Shown one piece after another: positions 20,847-33,350 of a stretch of 64,000 nucleotides of DNA; position 1 is the first letter of the stretch, and each line of letters starts with the position of its first letter. A model generated the notes under the pieces. The model worked only from the letters and a program-made list of their open reading frames with translations. It made no database searches and had not been told where the DNA came from. Both the position numbers and the translations under genes were made by a program. The DNA is from Candidatus Latescibacterota bacterium (GTDB lineage Bacteria > Latescibacterota > UBA2968 > UBA8231): contig CBDCSU010000006.1 of assembly GCA_965221775.1 (NCBI GenBank), positions 1,984,001-2,048,000 of the forward strand. Reading direction: 5' to 3'.

Positions 20847-21677
20847 GTGGCCCAGTACAATCTCGCCGACCTGCATTCCCATTCGACCTGCTCCGACGGG
20901 CAGCGCACACCCCGAGAGGTGGTGGAGGAAGCGGCCTCCGCCGGGGTCCGCGTCCTGAGCCTGACCGACCACGACACCGTGGAGGGGGTGGCGGAGGCGG
21001 CCGCCGCCGGCCGGGAGCTCGGTGTGGTGACGGTTCCGGGCACCGAGCTCAGCGCCCACGTCAACGACCGCGAGCTGCATCTGCTCGCCTACTTCATCGA
21101 CTACCAGGACCGCCGCCTGGGCTCCTACGTCGAGCTTCTCCACCAGCGCCGCCGGGACCGCGGCGAGGCGATTGTGGATCGGCTCAATCAGCTCGGCGTG
21201 TCGGTCACCCTCGATGATGTGCTGGTGAGGGCCGCCGGGGGGCCGCTGGGACGCCCCCACATCGCCGCGGCCATGGTCGCCAGCGGCGCGGTGCCGACGA
21301 AGGAGGAGGCCTTCCACCGCTTCATCGGCGACCGCCGGCCCGCCGACGTGCCGAAGCCGCGCAGCCCGGCGGCCGAGGTCATCGGTCTGGTCCACGAGCT
21401 CGGCGGCGTCATCGTCCTCGCTCATCCCGGTCTGGCCGTCTCGGAGACGGTGATCGCCGAGCTGGTCGATGCCGGCCTCGACGGTGTCGAGGTTTACCAC
21501 CCCTCCCACAAGCCCTCCCAGATCGAGCACTACCAGGACATCTCCAGGCGCTACGGCCTTCTCATGTCCGGCGGCTCCGACAGCCACGGCGAACCTGAGG
21601 GCCCGCGGGTCGGCGACTGCGGCATCGGCTGCGAGGCCGTGGAGGCCCTCAACGAACGCGCCGCCACCTATGCCTGA
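20847..21677 (+). CDS. PHP domain phosphoesterase (YciV/TrpH-like)
   Basis: DLHSHSTCSDG, LTDHDT, GTELS, HLLAY, GRPHIA, LAHP, GGSDSHG. Confidence 0.92.
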   Translation: MAQYNLADLHSHSTCSDGQRTPREVVEEAASAGVRVLSLTDHDTVEGVAEAAAAGRELGVVTVPGTELSAHVNDRELHLLAYFIDYQDRRLGSYVELLHQRRRDRGEAIVDRLNQLGVSVTLDDVLVRAAGGPLGRPHIAAAMVASGAVPTKEEAFHRFIGDRRPADVPKPRSPAAEVIGLVHELGGVIVLAHPGLAVSETVIAELVDAGLDGVEVYHPSHKPSQIEHYQDISRRYGLLMSGGSDSHGEPEGPRVGDCGIGCEAVEALNERAATYA

Positions 21678-23358
21678 AGTCCGCCCGGGGGCGTCGTCCG
21701 TCCCCTTCCTTCGATACGGCGGGCTCCCGTGCTTGGTGGCCGTGCTCCTGGTTTCGACGCCCGGCCGCGGCGCCGTTCCAACCGGTTATCTGCAGGATGC
21801 CGAGCCACCCCCGACGACGGGAATGCTCGGCTCCAGCATCACCGATGTCGTATGGAGCGGCCGCTACCTGTGGGTCTCCACGGAACGGGGCCTGGCCCGC
21901 CTGGATCCGTCCCGGGGGGACGGCCTCGAGGCCGGGCACTGGGTCACCTTCACCGAGGAGCACGGCCTGGGCCGGGGTGCGGTCAGCGCCCTGGCCGCCC
22001 ACGGAGACACGGTCTGGGCGGCTACCCTCTTCGATTCCCTGACGGCGGGCAATCGCAGCCGGCAGGTCGGCAGCGGCATCTCCTGGTCCACCGACGCCGG
22101 CGCCAAGTGGCAGCGGATCTCCAACGAGGCCCTCTTCGACACCCTGCGCCCCGGATTCGAGGACGGCCCCTGGACACCGGTGGAGAACGCCTGCTTCGGG
22201 CTGGCCGTCGAGGGCGACACCGTGTGGGCCACCTTCTTCGCCGGATCGGCGGTGCGCTCCATCGACTTCGGCCGCACTTGGGAGCGCGTGCTCCCGGGCG
22301 GGGCGGACCGCATCGTCTACAACAACACCCGTTACCGGGTGCGCGTCGACAGCCTCGAGGACGCCGGTGCTGCCGAGGACTTCATCGCCCGGGCGCAGGC
22401 CGCAGCCGACAGTGTCGACGCCCTGAGTTATCTCCACCGCACCTTCTCCGTCGCCGCCTACGGCGACACCGTGTGGATCGGCACCGCCCTCGGCGTGGCC
22501 TCCAGCTTCGACTTCGGCCGCACCTGGACCGTGCACCGGTCGCGGCGGGACGAGTCCGGCCAGGTTCTCCCGGGCCACCTCTCCGCCCACTGGGGGGTGG
22601 CGGTGGAGCGGCAGATCCGGCCCGACGGGAGATCCGTCGTCTGGGTCGGCACCGACGTCACCGACGAGCCCCCCGGGCAGGTTCGGGCCATCCACCGCAC
22701 CGAGGACGACGGCGACACCTGGACCTCCTCGGGTTCCACCTTCGCCTGGGATTTCGCCTTTGCCCCCGACTCTGTCTGGGCGGGCACCGAAGAGGGTTTG
22801 CTCCTGAGCCCGGACCACGGGGAGAGCTGGCTGGAGGTGCCGGTGCAGGACATCCTGAGCCAGGACCTCTTGAGGAAGCCCTTCATCGGGGTCGAGCGGT
22901 TCTCCCTGCCCGACGGGCGGATCGCCCTGTGGGCCGGGGCCGACAACGGCCTGGGCCGGTCCCTCGACGACGGCCGGACCTGGACGATCCTGAGCTTTCC
23001 GGTACGCGTGCGGGCCATCGACACCGGCCGGATGATCGACGGGGAAGGACTCGTCGACACCCGGGGGGCCAAGACCTATGCCGCCCCGAGCCCCTTCGCC
23101 CCGTCCCGCGGACAGAGCTGCATGGTCGTGTACAGCCTGGCCGAGGCGGACGAGGTGAGCGTCGACATCTACGATTTCTCGAGCCGCAAGGTGCGCGCCC
23201 TCGTGGACGGCGAGAGCCGGCCCGGGGGGCGCCACCACCGCGAGCCCTGGGACGGCCTCGACGACGGCGGCGGCCAGGTGGCCAACGGCGTCTACTTCTT
23301 CCGCGTCGAGACCGCCTCCGGCAGCCGGGCCTTCGGCAACGTGGTGGTCCTGGACTGA
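21670..23358 (+). CDS. Exported Asp-box beta-propeller protein with C-terminal FlgD-Ig/T9SS-like domain
   Basis: Repeated S.D.G.TW Asp boxes (STDAGAKW, SIDFGRTW, SFDFGRTW, TEDDGDTW, SPDHGESW, SLDDGRTW); C-terminus YAAPSPF...IYD...WDG.D..G..VANGVYF. Confidence 0.82.
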   Translation: MPEVRPGASSVPFLRYGGLPCLVAVLLVSTPGRGAVPTGYLQDAEPPPTTGMLGSSITDVVWSGRYLWVSTERGLARLDPSRGDGLEAGHWVTFTEEHGLGRGAVSALAAHGDTVWAATLFDSLTAGNRSRQVGSGISWSTDAGAKWQRISNEALFDTLRPGFEDGPWTPVENACFGLAVEGDTVWATFFAGSAVRSIDFGRTWERVLPGGADRIVYNNTRYRVRVDSLEDAGAAEDFIARAQAAADSVDALSYLHRTFSVAAYGDTVWIGTALGVASSFDFGRTWTVHRSRRDESGQVLPGHLSAHWGVAVERQIRPDGRSVVWVGTDVTDEPPGQVRAIHRTEDDGDTWTSSGSTFAWDFAFAPDSVWAGTEEGLLLSPDHGESWLEVPVQDILSQDLLRKPFIGVERFSLPDGRIALWAGADNGLGRSLDDGRTWTILSFPVRVRAIDTGRMIDGEGLVDTRGAKTYAAPSPFAPSRGQSCMVVYSLAEADEVSVDIYDFSSRKVRALVDGESRPGGRHHREPWDGLDDGGGQVANGVYFFRVETASGSRAFGNVVVLD

Positions 23359-24308
23359 TGCGGCGCGGCCTCGCCCTCGCGGCCCTGATCGTGTGGCAGG
23401 CGGCGTCTCCGGCCGCTGCCGGCCTCGGCGGCGCCTGGCTCGACACCGGCCTCGGCGCCCGGGCCCTCGGTCTGGGCGGCGCCCAGGCGGCCGCCGCCGA
23501 GGGGCCCGCCGCCGTGATCTACAACCCAGCGGGACTGGCCACCTCGACCGGGAAGGGAATGCTGGCCTCGTACCAGCCCCTGTCCCTCGACCGCACGCGG
23601 TCCGGACTGGCGGCGGCCATGAACCCGAGGGGAGACCTGGCCTTCGGCCTGGCCTGGCTGCACGCCGGGGTGGGCGGCCTGCGGGGGCGCAGCGGCTCGG
23701 GGGAGGCCACCGGCGACCTGGGGAGCGCCGCGGATGCCGTGATCTTCGGCCTCGGACTGCGTCCGTCGGCGACGCTGCAGATCGGCGCCAGCCTGAAGAT
23801 CCTCCGGCACCGCATCGAGGTGCCGGTGAGCGGCGCCTCGACGGCCACCGGCCGCGGCGCCGACCTGGGAGTCCGCTGGAGCCTGTCCTCGCGCACGGCC
23901 CTCGGCGTGACCGCCCGCAACCTGCTCGACAAGCTGTCGTGGACGGTGCAGCGGCCCTCCGACCAGACCAGCGTCACCGAGGAGGCCCTGCGATCGGCCC
24001 TCGCCGTGGGGGTCTCGCACGTCCTCCGCCAGGGGGCCATGGCCGCCGTGGAGGCGGAGGTCCTCGACCCGGCGGGGGACCGCGAGCTGCGCGGGCATCT
24101 CGGTCTCGAGTGGAGGCTGAGCGACCTGTTGACCCTGCGCGGCGGACTGCACCGCGCCGGCGCGGGAGAGGGCGCGGGACGGCCCGCCTTCGGCGTCACG
24201 GTGCGGCCCATGCGCGTGGAGGCCTTCGAGGTCCACTACGCGTACGTGGCGGACGAGATCGGCGCCGGCGCCCGCACCGTCTTCACCCTTGCGGGTCAAC
24301 TGCCATGA
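23358..24308 (+). CDS. PorV/PorQ-like (UPF0164/FadL-like) outer-membrane beta-barrel protein
   Basis: Signal peptide; GLGARALGLGGA...AVIYNPAGLA N-terminal motif; alternating beta strands; C-terminal HYAY. Confidence 0.75.
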   Translation: MRRGLALAALIVWQAASPAAAGLGGAWLDTGLGARALGLGGAQAAAAEGPAAVIYNPAGLATSTGKGMLASYQPLSLDRTRSGLAAAMNPRGDLAFGLAWLHAGVGGLRGRSGSGEATGDLGSAADAVIFGLGLRPSATLQIGASLKILRHRIEVPVSGASTATGRGADLGVRWSLSSRTALGVTARNLLDKLSWTVQRPSDQTSVTEEALRSALAVGVSHVLRQGAMAAVEAEVLDPAGDRELRGHLGLEWRLSDLLTLRGGLHRAGAGEGAGRPAFGVTVRPMRVEAFEVHYAYVADEIGAGARTVFTLAGQLP

Positions 24309-25225
24309 AGGTCCGCGCGCCGGGGGGCGTGCGCAGGCCGGCGGCCTTACGGCCGCGGCGGGTTCTGCCGGCGGTCCTGATCGCGGTCTGGGCCTGCTGG
24401 AGGCCCGGCGGCATCGACGCCGGCACCGGTCTCGGGTTCCTGCGCCAGGACGCCGGGGCCCGGTCCGCGGCCCTGGGGGGCGCGGCGACGGCCCTCGCCG
24501 ATCCGTCGGCGGCCAGCCTCAACCCGGCGGCCCTGGCCCCGGGCGCGGCGGCCGTCCTCAGCCATACGGAGTGGATCGGCGGCATGCGCCACGAGCAGGC
24601 GGCGGCCTTGTGGACGCGAGCGGCGGGCGATGTGCTGGCTCTCGACGTGCGTCTGGCCCATGCGGGAGGGCTGGAGCGCCGTCTGGGCCCGACCCGGGAC
24701 CCCCTGGGGGAGTTCGGCCTCTACGAGTGGACGGCGGGCGCCGCCTGGTCCCGCCCCTGGGGAGAGCGCCTGCGGACGGGAATCGGCGCCAAGGTGTTGC
24801 GCCAGTCGATCGACGTGGAGGCTTCGGCGGGACTGGCCGCCGACCTGGGGCTGCTCTACGGGAGCGGCCCCTGGCGGCTCGGGGCGGCGGTGCGCAACCT
24901 GGGGCGGATGAACGCCCTCGACCGGGAGGCCACCGAGCTGCCCTTGCAGGCCCGCCTCGGCGCGGCCCTGGCCCGGGGGGCCCTGACCGCCGCCGCCGAC
25001 GTGGGCGCGAGCCGGGGCACCGGCGCGAGCCTGCACCTGGGGGCGGAGTGGCGTCTGTCGCCGCGCCTGGTGGTGCGCACCGGGTACGGCACTCCCGCCT
25101 CCGGGAGTCTGGCCTTCGGGCTGGGCCTGACGGCCCGCCCCTGGCAGCTGGACTACGCCTTCCTGCCCATGGGGGACGGACTCGGTGCCGGCCACCGGGT
25201 GAGTCTGGTCATGCGGGGGGCCTGA
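24305..25225 (+). CDS. Second PorV/PorQ-like outer-membrane beta-barrel protein
   Basis: GFLRQDAGARSAALGGA...NPAALA, SHTEWI, ADLGLLY, GAAVRNLG, LDYAFLP..DGLGAGHRVSL. Confidence 0.78.
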   Translation: MKVRAPGGVRRPAALRPRRVLPAVLIAVWACWRPGGIDAGTGLGFLRQDAGARSAALGGAATALADPSAASLNPAALAPGAAAVLSHTEWIGGMRHEQAAALWTRAAGDVLALDVRLAHAGGLERRLGPTRDPLGEFGLYEWTAGAAWSRPWGERLRTGIGAKVLRQSIDVEASAGLAADLGLLYGSGPWRLGAAVRNLGRMNALDREATELPLQARLGAALARGALTAAADVGASRGTGASLHLGAEWRLSPRLVVRTGYGTPASGSLAFGLGLTARPWQLDYAFLPMGDGLGAGHRVSLVMRGA

Positions 25226-25226
25226 G

Positions 25227-26270
25227 ATGAAGTGGTGGCGGAGGCAACGGCTGCCGCTCCGCCCGACGGAGCCCCTCGAGGACTGGGACGGCCCGTCTCC
25301 GTACTCACCCGGGTATGGAGTCGAGGGGGCCTGGTCCGAGGCCCGCCGCCCGCCGCCGTCCACGGCGCCGCGGCCCTCCACTCACCTGCTGCTGTTCCTG
25401 ATGACCCTGTTCTCCATGATGGTGGCCGGCGCCATGCAGCAGGGCGTCGACCCCCTGATGGAGTTCGGCCAGCTCGTTCACCTCGTGGAGGGCTGGCCCT
25501 TCGCGGCCACCCTCCTCGGCATCCTGACGGTGCACGAGTTCGGCCACTACTTCGCCGCCCGCAGGTGGGGGGTGAAGGCCTCCCTGCCCTACTTCATCCC
25601 CCTTCCCTACCTGTCCCCGCTGGGCACCCTCGGCGCCGTGATCCGCATCCGCTCGCCGATCCCGCACAAGCGCGCCCTTCTCGACATCGGCGCCTCGGGC
25701 CCGCTGGCGGGTCTGGTCGTGGCCGTCGCCGCCTGCCTGGTGGGGCTGCCCATGTCCAAGGTGGTGGAGCCCGGCTACTTCCTGGAGCTGCCGGAGAGCA
25801 TGCGGCCCGGGGTCCTGCAACTGGGCTCGCCGCTGTTGTTCGAGGGGCTCTCGGCGTGGCTGCTTCCGGCCGCCGAAGACAGCATCGTCCTCCTGAGCCC
25901 GGTCGCCTTCGCCGGGTGGGTGGGCCTGGTGATCACCGCCTTCAACCTGCTGCCCGTGGGCCAGCTCGACGGAGGACATATCGCCTACGCCCTCCTCGGC
26001 GACCGCCACCACGCCGTCGGCCGGCTGTGCTTCGCCACCCTGCTGGCCATGGGCGTGTACGGGGTGATGTCGGTTTTCTGGGACCTGCCGCGGGGGTGGC
26101 CCGGGTGGCTGCTGATCGCCCTGCTGCTGGCCCTCGTCGGCCGCCGCCACCCGCCTCCGTACCATGCCGCGATCCCCCTCGACGGCCGCCGCCGGGCGAT
26201 CGCGGTCCTGTGCTTCGTCCTCCTGGCCCTGTGCTTCACGCTGGTGCCGCTCTCCGAGATGGCGGGATGA
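25227..26270 (+). CDS. Site-2 protease (peptidase M50) family membrane metalloprotease
   Basis: HEFGH zinc motif, LPYFIP, GTLGAVI, DIGASGPLAG, NLLPVGQLDGGH. Confidence 0.93.
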   Translation: MKWWRRQRLPLRPTEPLEDWDGPSPYSPGYGVEGAWSEARRPPPSTAPRPSTHLLLFLMTLFSMMVAGAMQQGVDPLMEFGQLVHLVEGWPFAATLLGILTVHEFGHYFAARRWGVKASLPYFIPLPYLSPLGTLGAVIRIRSPIPHKRALLDIGASGPLAGLVVAVAACLVGLPMSKVVEPGYFLELPESMRPGVLQLGSPLLFEGLSAWLLPAAEDSIVLLSPVAFAGWVGLVITAFNLLPVGQLDGGHIAYALLGDRHHAVGRLCFATLLAMGVYGVMSVFWDLPRGWPGWLLIALLLALVGRRHPPPYHAAIPLDGRRRAIAVLCFVLLALCFTLVPLSEMAG

Positions 26271-27025
26271 GATCGAGGCGCCGCCATCTGTTGCCCGCGG
26301 CCTTGTGGCTCCTGGCCGCCTGCGGACTCGAGGAGGGCGCGGAGGTCGAGTGCCGCTGCGCGGAGGACACCGACCTCACCGCCTTCCCGCGGTGCAGGGA
26401 CGCCGCCATCGAGGCCGAAGCCGGTGCGTCGAGCCCGTTGTCGACGCGCCTGCCGGAGTGTCCGAGCGGCGATCTCCTCTTTCTTCGCGACCCGACCCTG
26501 TCGGAGGCGGTCGTCTTCAACCTCGAAGACTCCATCGAGGGCTTCAGCCCCACCCAGTACATGGACCAGCTCTCGGAGGACTTCCTCTTCGCGCCCGAGC
26601 TCGCCGGGGTGGAGCCCTTCGGGGAGGTCTTCGACCTGCCCCCCGGGTACCACCCCGACCCTCCCGACACCGACACCCTGTGGACCCGCGAGGACGAGCG
26701 CCGCTTCGCCTTCAACCTTCTCGACCGCAGCAACTTCCAGCGCATCAACATCAGCCGCTGGTTCGACGCCAACGAGGACGAGCAGAGGCTGTACCCGGAC
26801 GATCCCCGGCTGGAGACGTATATTTTCCCCTACATCATCGACTTCACCACCCGGCCCGGCGAGGAGCAGGAGGCGCGCATCTTCGAGGTGCGCGGGCGCA
26901 TGCAGATCGACCTGGTGACGACGAGCGACGAGAACCCCGTCTGGTCCATCCGTCGCTGGCAGGACTTTCGCGAGCCGTCCTCCGAACGCACCCTCACCGA
27001 GTTGCGGGGCGAGTTCGCGCAGTAG
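26267..27025 (+). CDS. Hypothetical lipoprotein (possible NTF2-like fold)
   Basis: ATGA overlap; lipobox LLAAC; Cys-rich N-terminal segment; shares motifs with the downstream lipoprotein. Confidence 0.72.
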   Translation: MRSRRRHLLPAALWLLAACGLEEGAEVECRCAEDTDLTAFPRCRDAAIEAEAGASSPLSTRLPECPSGDLLFLRDPTLSEAVVFNLEDSIEGFSPTQYMDQLSEDFLFAPELAGVEPFGEVFDLPPGYHPDPPDTDTLWTREDERRFAFNLLDRSNFQRINISRWFDANEDEQRLYPDDPRLETYIFPYIIDFTTRPGEEQEARIFEVRGRMQIDLVTTSDENPVWSIRRWQDFREPSSERTLTELRGEFAQ

Positions 27026-27040
27026 CAGGAGGGAAGACCC

Positions 27041-29733
<2,693 letters not shown>

Positions 29734-29779
29734 GAGCGCCTATTTTTCCGGGTCGATCCTCCCTCACGAAAGGCCCCAT

Positions 29780-30118
29780 GTGACCCTGCTCTTCCTCCTT
29801 GCGGAGCCCGCCCACGCCATGGGCGGCGGCGGCGAAGGCCAAGGCGGCACGCCCCTGGTCATCCTGCCGTACGTCCTGATGTTCGTCGTCCTCTACTTCC
29901 TGATCCTGCGGCCGCAGATCAAGAAGCAGAAGTCGCAGCAGAAGATGATCTCCGAGTTGAAGAAGGGGGACAAGATCGTCACCAGCGGCGGCATCCACGG
30001 GGTGATCCTCAACCTGAAGGACGAGGTGATCACGGTGAAGATCGCCGAGAACGTCCGCGTCGAGATGTCGCGCTCCGCCGTGTCGCGAGTCCGCGACGAG
30101 GGCGAGTCCAAGTCCTGA
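29780..30118 (+). CDS. yajC: Preprotein translocase subunit YajC
   Basis: YFLILRPQ.KKQK...LKKGDKIVTSGGIHG; follows tgt. Confidence 0.95.
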   Translation: MTLLFLLAEPAHAMGGGGEGQGGTPLVILPYVLMFVVLYFLILRPQIKKQKSQQKMISELKKGDKIVTSGGIHGVILNLKDEVITVKIAENVRVEMSRSAVSRVRDEGESKS

Positions 30119-31071
30119 AGGTCGTCTTCCTCGGCAACCCCGACTTCGCGGTACCCTCCCTGCGCCGTCTCGCCGCCAGCCGGCACGAGGTGGCCGCCGT
30201 GGTCACCAATCCCGATCGCGCCGCTGGCCGCGGACGCCGGCTCCGGCCCCCGCCGGTCAAGACCGCCGCCGCCGCACTCGGCCTCCCCGTCCTGCAGCCG
30301 GATTCCCCGCGCGACCCGGCCCTGGCCGAGCAGCTGCGGGCCCTGGCCCCGGACGCCCTGGCGGTGGTCGCATACTCCATCCTCCCGAACCGCCTCCTTC
30401 GCCTGCCCCGCCTGGGGTCGGTCAACGTGCATCCGTCCCTGCTGCCCGCCTACCGGGGGGCCGCCCCCATCGTGTGGGCCCTGTTCGACGGCTGCACCGA
30501 GACGGGGGTCACCACCTTTCTGCTGAACCGGCGCGTCGACGCGGGCGACATCCTGCTCCAGGAGAGGGTGACCGTCGGCGGCGGCGAGACCGCCGGAGAG
30601 CTGGAGGCACGGCTGGCCGAGGACGGCGCGCGGCTGCTGGTCCGCTCCCTCGACGGGCTGGAGGACGGCAGCCTGCAGCCGAGGCCCCAGCCGAGAGAGG
30701 GGGAGTCGCGGGCCCCGAAGCTGACGCGGGAGGACGGCCGCATCGACTGGAGCTGGCCGGCCGAGCGGGTGCGCAACCGGGTGCGCGGCGCGAACCCGAT
30801 GCCCGGTGCCTTCACCGAGTGGGCGGGAGGGGTGCTCAAGGTGCATCGGGTCGAGCGGGTGGAGCCGGCCGCCCGAGGGGCTGCCCCGGGCGAGGTGCTC
30901 TGCTGCGGCTCGGAGGACGGAGTGGTCGTGGCCTGCGCCGACGGAGCCGTGCGCCTGGGCGAGGTGCAGCCGGCCGGACGTGAGCGGATGTCGGCCGGGG
31001 CCTTTGCCCGGGGCTATCCGCTGCGGTCCGGGGACCGTCTGGGGGGCGGCCAGAGCCGTGGCGAGGGCTGA
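30115..31071 (+). CDS. fmt: Methionyl-tRNA formyltransferase (apparent CTG start)
   Basis: In-frame (M)KVVFLGNPDFAVPSL upstream of the ORF-track start; VVTNPDRAAGRG, NVHPSLLPAYRGAAPI, ETGVT, DAGDI, APKL. Confidence 0.95.
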   Translation: MKVVFLGNPDFAVPSLRRLAASRHEVAAVVTNPDRAAGRGRRLRPPPVKTAAAALGLPVLQPDSPRDPALAEQLRALAPDALAVVAYSILPNRLLRLPRLGSVNVHPSLLPAYRGAAPIVWALFDGCTETGVTTFLLNRRVDAGDILLQERVTVGGGETAGELEARLAEDGARLLVRSLDGLEDGSLQPRPQPREGESRAPKLTREDGRIDWSWPAERVRNRVRGANPMPGAFTEWAGGVLKVHRVERVEPAARGAAPGEVLCCGSEDGVVVACADGAVRLGEVQPAGRERMSAGAFARGYPLRSGDRLGGGQSRGEG

Positions 31072-31609
31072 GGCGGGCGGCTTCGGGCTCGCCGGCTTCC
31101 TGGTCGCGCTGCTCGCGGGCCTGCCGGCGGCCGCGGAGGAGTCCGAACCCTCGGTGGAGGCCGAGGCCGATTCGGTTCGGAGCGCGGAGGAGCCCCTGTC
31201 TCGGCGCGTCGCCCGGCCATCCGGACCCGTGGATCCAACGGCGGCCGACTCGGTGCTCCAGGCGGGAGGGCGGCTGGCCCCTCGCGCCGCCCTGGTGCGT
31301 TCGGCGGTGGTGCCGGGATGGGGACAGGCCGCCAGCGGTCACTGGCTGAAGGCGCTGCTCTTCGCCGGCGCCGGCGCCGGCTGGTTGGCGTCCGCCGTGG
31401 TCGAGAGCTCCCGCTTGGCCGAAGCCCCCACGGCGCAGGAGCACGAGGACCGCGCGGCGCGGCGCAACACGCGGGTCCTTTCCTACCTCGTAACCGCTAC
31501 CTTGTCCGCCGTGGACGCCTACGTGGACGCCCATCTGGAGGACTTCGACCTCGACGCCGCGGACCTGGAGACGCCCGGGGTCCGGCTGACCATCCGATGG
31601 GGTCCATAG
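31058..31609 (+). CDS. DUF5683-like membrane protein
   Basis: AALVRSAVVPGWGQ...WLKA and SAVDAYVDAHL..FD motifs. Confidence 0.7.
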   Translation: MARAEAGGFGLAGFLVALLAGLPAAAEESEPSVEAEADSVRSAEEPLSRRVARPSGPVDPTAADSVLQAGGRLAPRAALVRSAVVPGWGQAASGHWLKALLFAGAGAGWLASAVVESSRLAEAPTAQEHEDRAARRNTRVLSYLVTATLSAVDAYVDAHLEDFDLDAADLETPGVRLTIRWGP

Positions 31610-31629
31610 GACAGGAGGGAGGTGTGCAG

Positions 31630-32382
31630 ATGCTCACCGATGCGCAGAAGCAGGAGTTCGACGACCGCGGGTACCTCGTCTTCGAGGGCCTGCTGGGGGG
31701 CGCCCGTCTCGCCCACTACCTGTCGGCCCTCGACGAGCTGGTCGAGCGAGGCCGCGCTCTGAGCGAGCCGGAGGGACACTTCAGCCTCGAGCTCGACGCC
31801 GAAGGCCGGCCTGTGCCCGGGCTGCTGCACAAGGTGCAGGGCGTGTGCGTCGTCGACTCCAGAGTCCTGGACCTGGCCCGCGAGCCGGCCATCGTCGACC
31901 GGGCGGCGGAGCTGCTCGGCTGCGAGGAAGTGGATGTCTTCGGCACCAAGTTCTTCCCCAAGCTTCCCGGCGGCGGCACGTCCACGCACTGGCACCAGGA
32001 CAACTACTACTTCGGCACCAACTCCCGGCGCATCCTGTCCTGCGGCGTCTACCTGCAGGAGGCCGACCGGCGCAACGGCTGCCTGCGGGTGGTACCCGGC
32101 AGCCACCACGACGCGGTGATCGTCGACCACCAGCGGGAGCAGGGCATGCACGGGTCCTGGACCCAGGTCGAGGAGTCCCGCGCCGTGGACGTGGCCGTCG
32201 CGGCGGGGACGGTGGTCCTGTTCTCCGCCAACCTCCTGCACGGCACCGCCGACAACGACGACCCGCGGCGCACCCGCTACTCGACGGCCTGGCACTACGT
32301 GCCCGGCGGTCTGGACCTGGAGCGCTTCCGCCGCGGCGAGTACGAGGACCGCTGGACCGTCCGGAGGGCCGTCCCGGCCTGA
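31630..32382 (+). CDS. Phytanoyl-CoA dioxygenase (PhyH) family Fe(II)/2-oxoglutarate dioxygenase
   Basis: F...GYLVF, WHQD (HxD), NGCLRVVPGSH, LLHGT..N, distal Arg. Confidence 0.9.
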   Translation: MLTDAQKQEFDDRGYLVFEGLLGGARLAHYLSALDELVERGRALSEPEGHFSLELDAEGRPVPGLLHKVQGVCVVDSRVLDLAREPAIVDRAAELLGCEEVDVFGTKFFPKLPGGGTSTHWHQDNYYFGTNSRRILSCGVYLQEADRRNGCLRVVPGSHHDAVIVDHQREQGMHGSWTQVEESRAVDVAVAAGTVVLFSANLLHGTADNDDPRRTRYSTAWHYVPGGLDLERFRRGEYEDRWTVRRAVPA

Positions 32383-32495
32383 GGGCGTGTCACCAGGGAC
32401 CCGGGGCCGTGTGCCCAGGGTGACATCCATCGCCCCGGGGGCCGCGCAGAAGCCCCGAGGGCCATCGGTGGTCCCGGAGTTGCGTTGTCCTTCCC

Positions 32496-33284
32496 GTGGT
32501 CTCCCGACTTTGCACCTCCACCCGGCTCTGGCTGCGCGCCGCCGTGCTGCTGCCGCTCGCCACCGCGGGAGCGGCCGTCGCCGCCTTCGAGCGGGGACCC
32601 TTCGCCGACCCGCTGCCGGCGCCGGGCCGGCTGGGCGCCAACCCCGCCCGGCTCGCGTCGGTCACCGCCTCCCTCTGCGGGCATCTCGTCCACGACCGGC
32701 CCTTCGGGCTGCGCGAGCTGGGCGGTCAGCATCTGCTGCTGGCGGCGCCGCGCCTCGGCCGGTTGCGGGGAGGGTTCGGGCTGGCGGTGCGCGGCCCCCC
32801 GCGGCACCGGGAGCAGGCGGTGCTGGCGGCGGTCGGTGTCTCGCTGACAGGGGGGCTGGATCTCGGCGCCGGCCTGCTGGAGGCGCGCCTGCAGCGGACC
32901 GGCCAACCGGCCTGGCGCGGGCGGGCGCCGGTCCTGGGGGCGCGCGCGGATCTCCTCCGCCGATGGCAGGTGGAGGGGTGGTGGCACGGCGCCGCGGGGG
33001 GCCTGCTGGAGAGGAGGGGCTCCGTGCGCCTGCGCCGCGAGGGGCCGGAGGCAACCCTCTCCCTGGGGGTCGCCTGGCGGGGCCCTGCCCTGCGCCCCGA
33101 GGTGCGCCTGTCTCTGCCCCTCGGGGGGCCGGCGGCGATGACCCTCGACGGGCTCGACCGTCCGCGCCAGTACGGCCTGGGCGTGGGAGCCGGGGCGCGG
33201 AGCCTGCGCATGGGGGTGCACCTGCGGTCCCACCACCAGCTCGGTGCCACGCCTTCGTGGTCGGCGGGCAGGGCCTGCCGCTGA
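32496..33284 (+). CDS. Hypothetical exported protein, possibly a highly diverged beta-barrel
   Basis: Signal-like N-terminus (AVAA-FERG), GANPARLA, PFGLREL, C-terminal SHHQLGATPSW; biased composition. Confidence 0.45.
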   Translation: MVSRLCTSTRLWLRAAVLLPLATAGAAVAAFERGPFADPLPAPGRLGANPARLASVTASLCGHLVHDRPFGLRELGGQHLLLAAPRLGRLRGGFGLAVRGPPRHREQAVLAAVGVSLTGGLDLGAGLLEARLQRTGQPAWRGRAPVLGARADLLRRWQVEGWWHGAAGGLLERRGSVRLRREGPEATLSLGVAWRGPALRPEVRLSLPLGGPAAMTLDGLDRPRQYGLGVGAGARSLRMGVHLRSHHQLGATPSWSAGRACR

Positions 33285-33350
33285 CTTTGCGGGGTGGGCG
33301 GGGGCGGGCGATCTTCTCTTCAGGACGCTGGACCGAGAAAGGAGCCCCCC

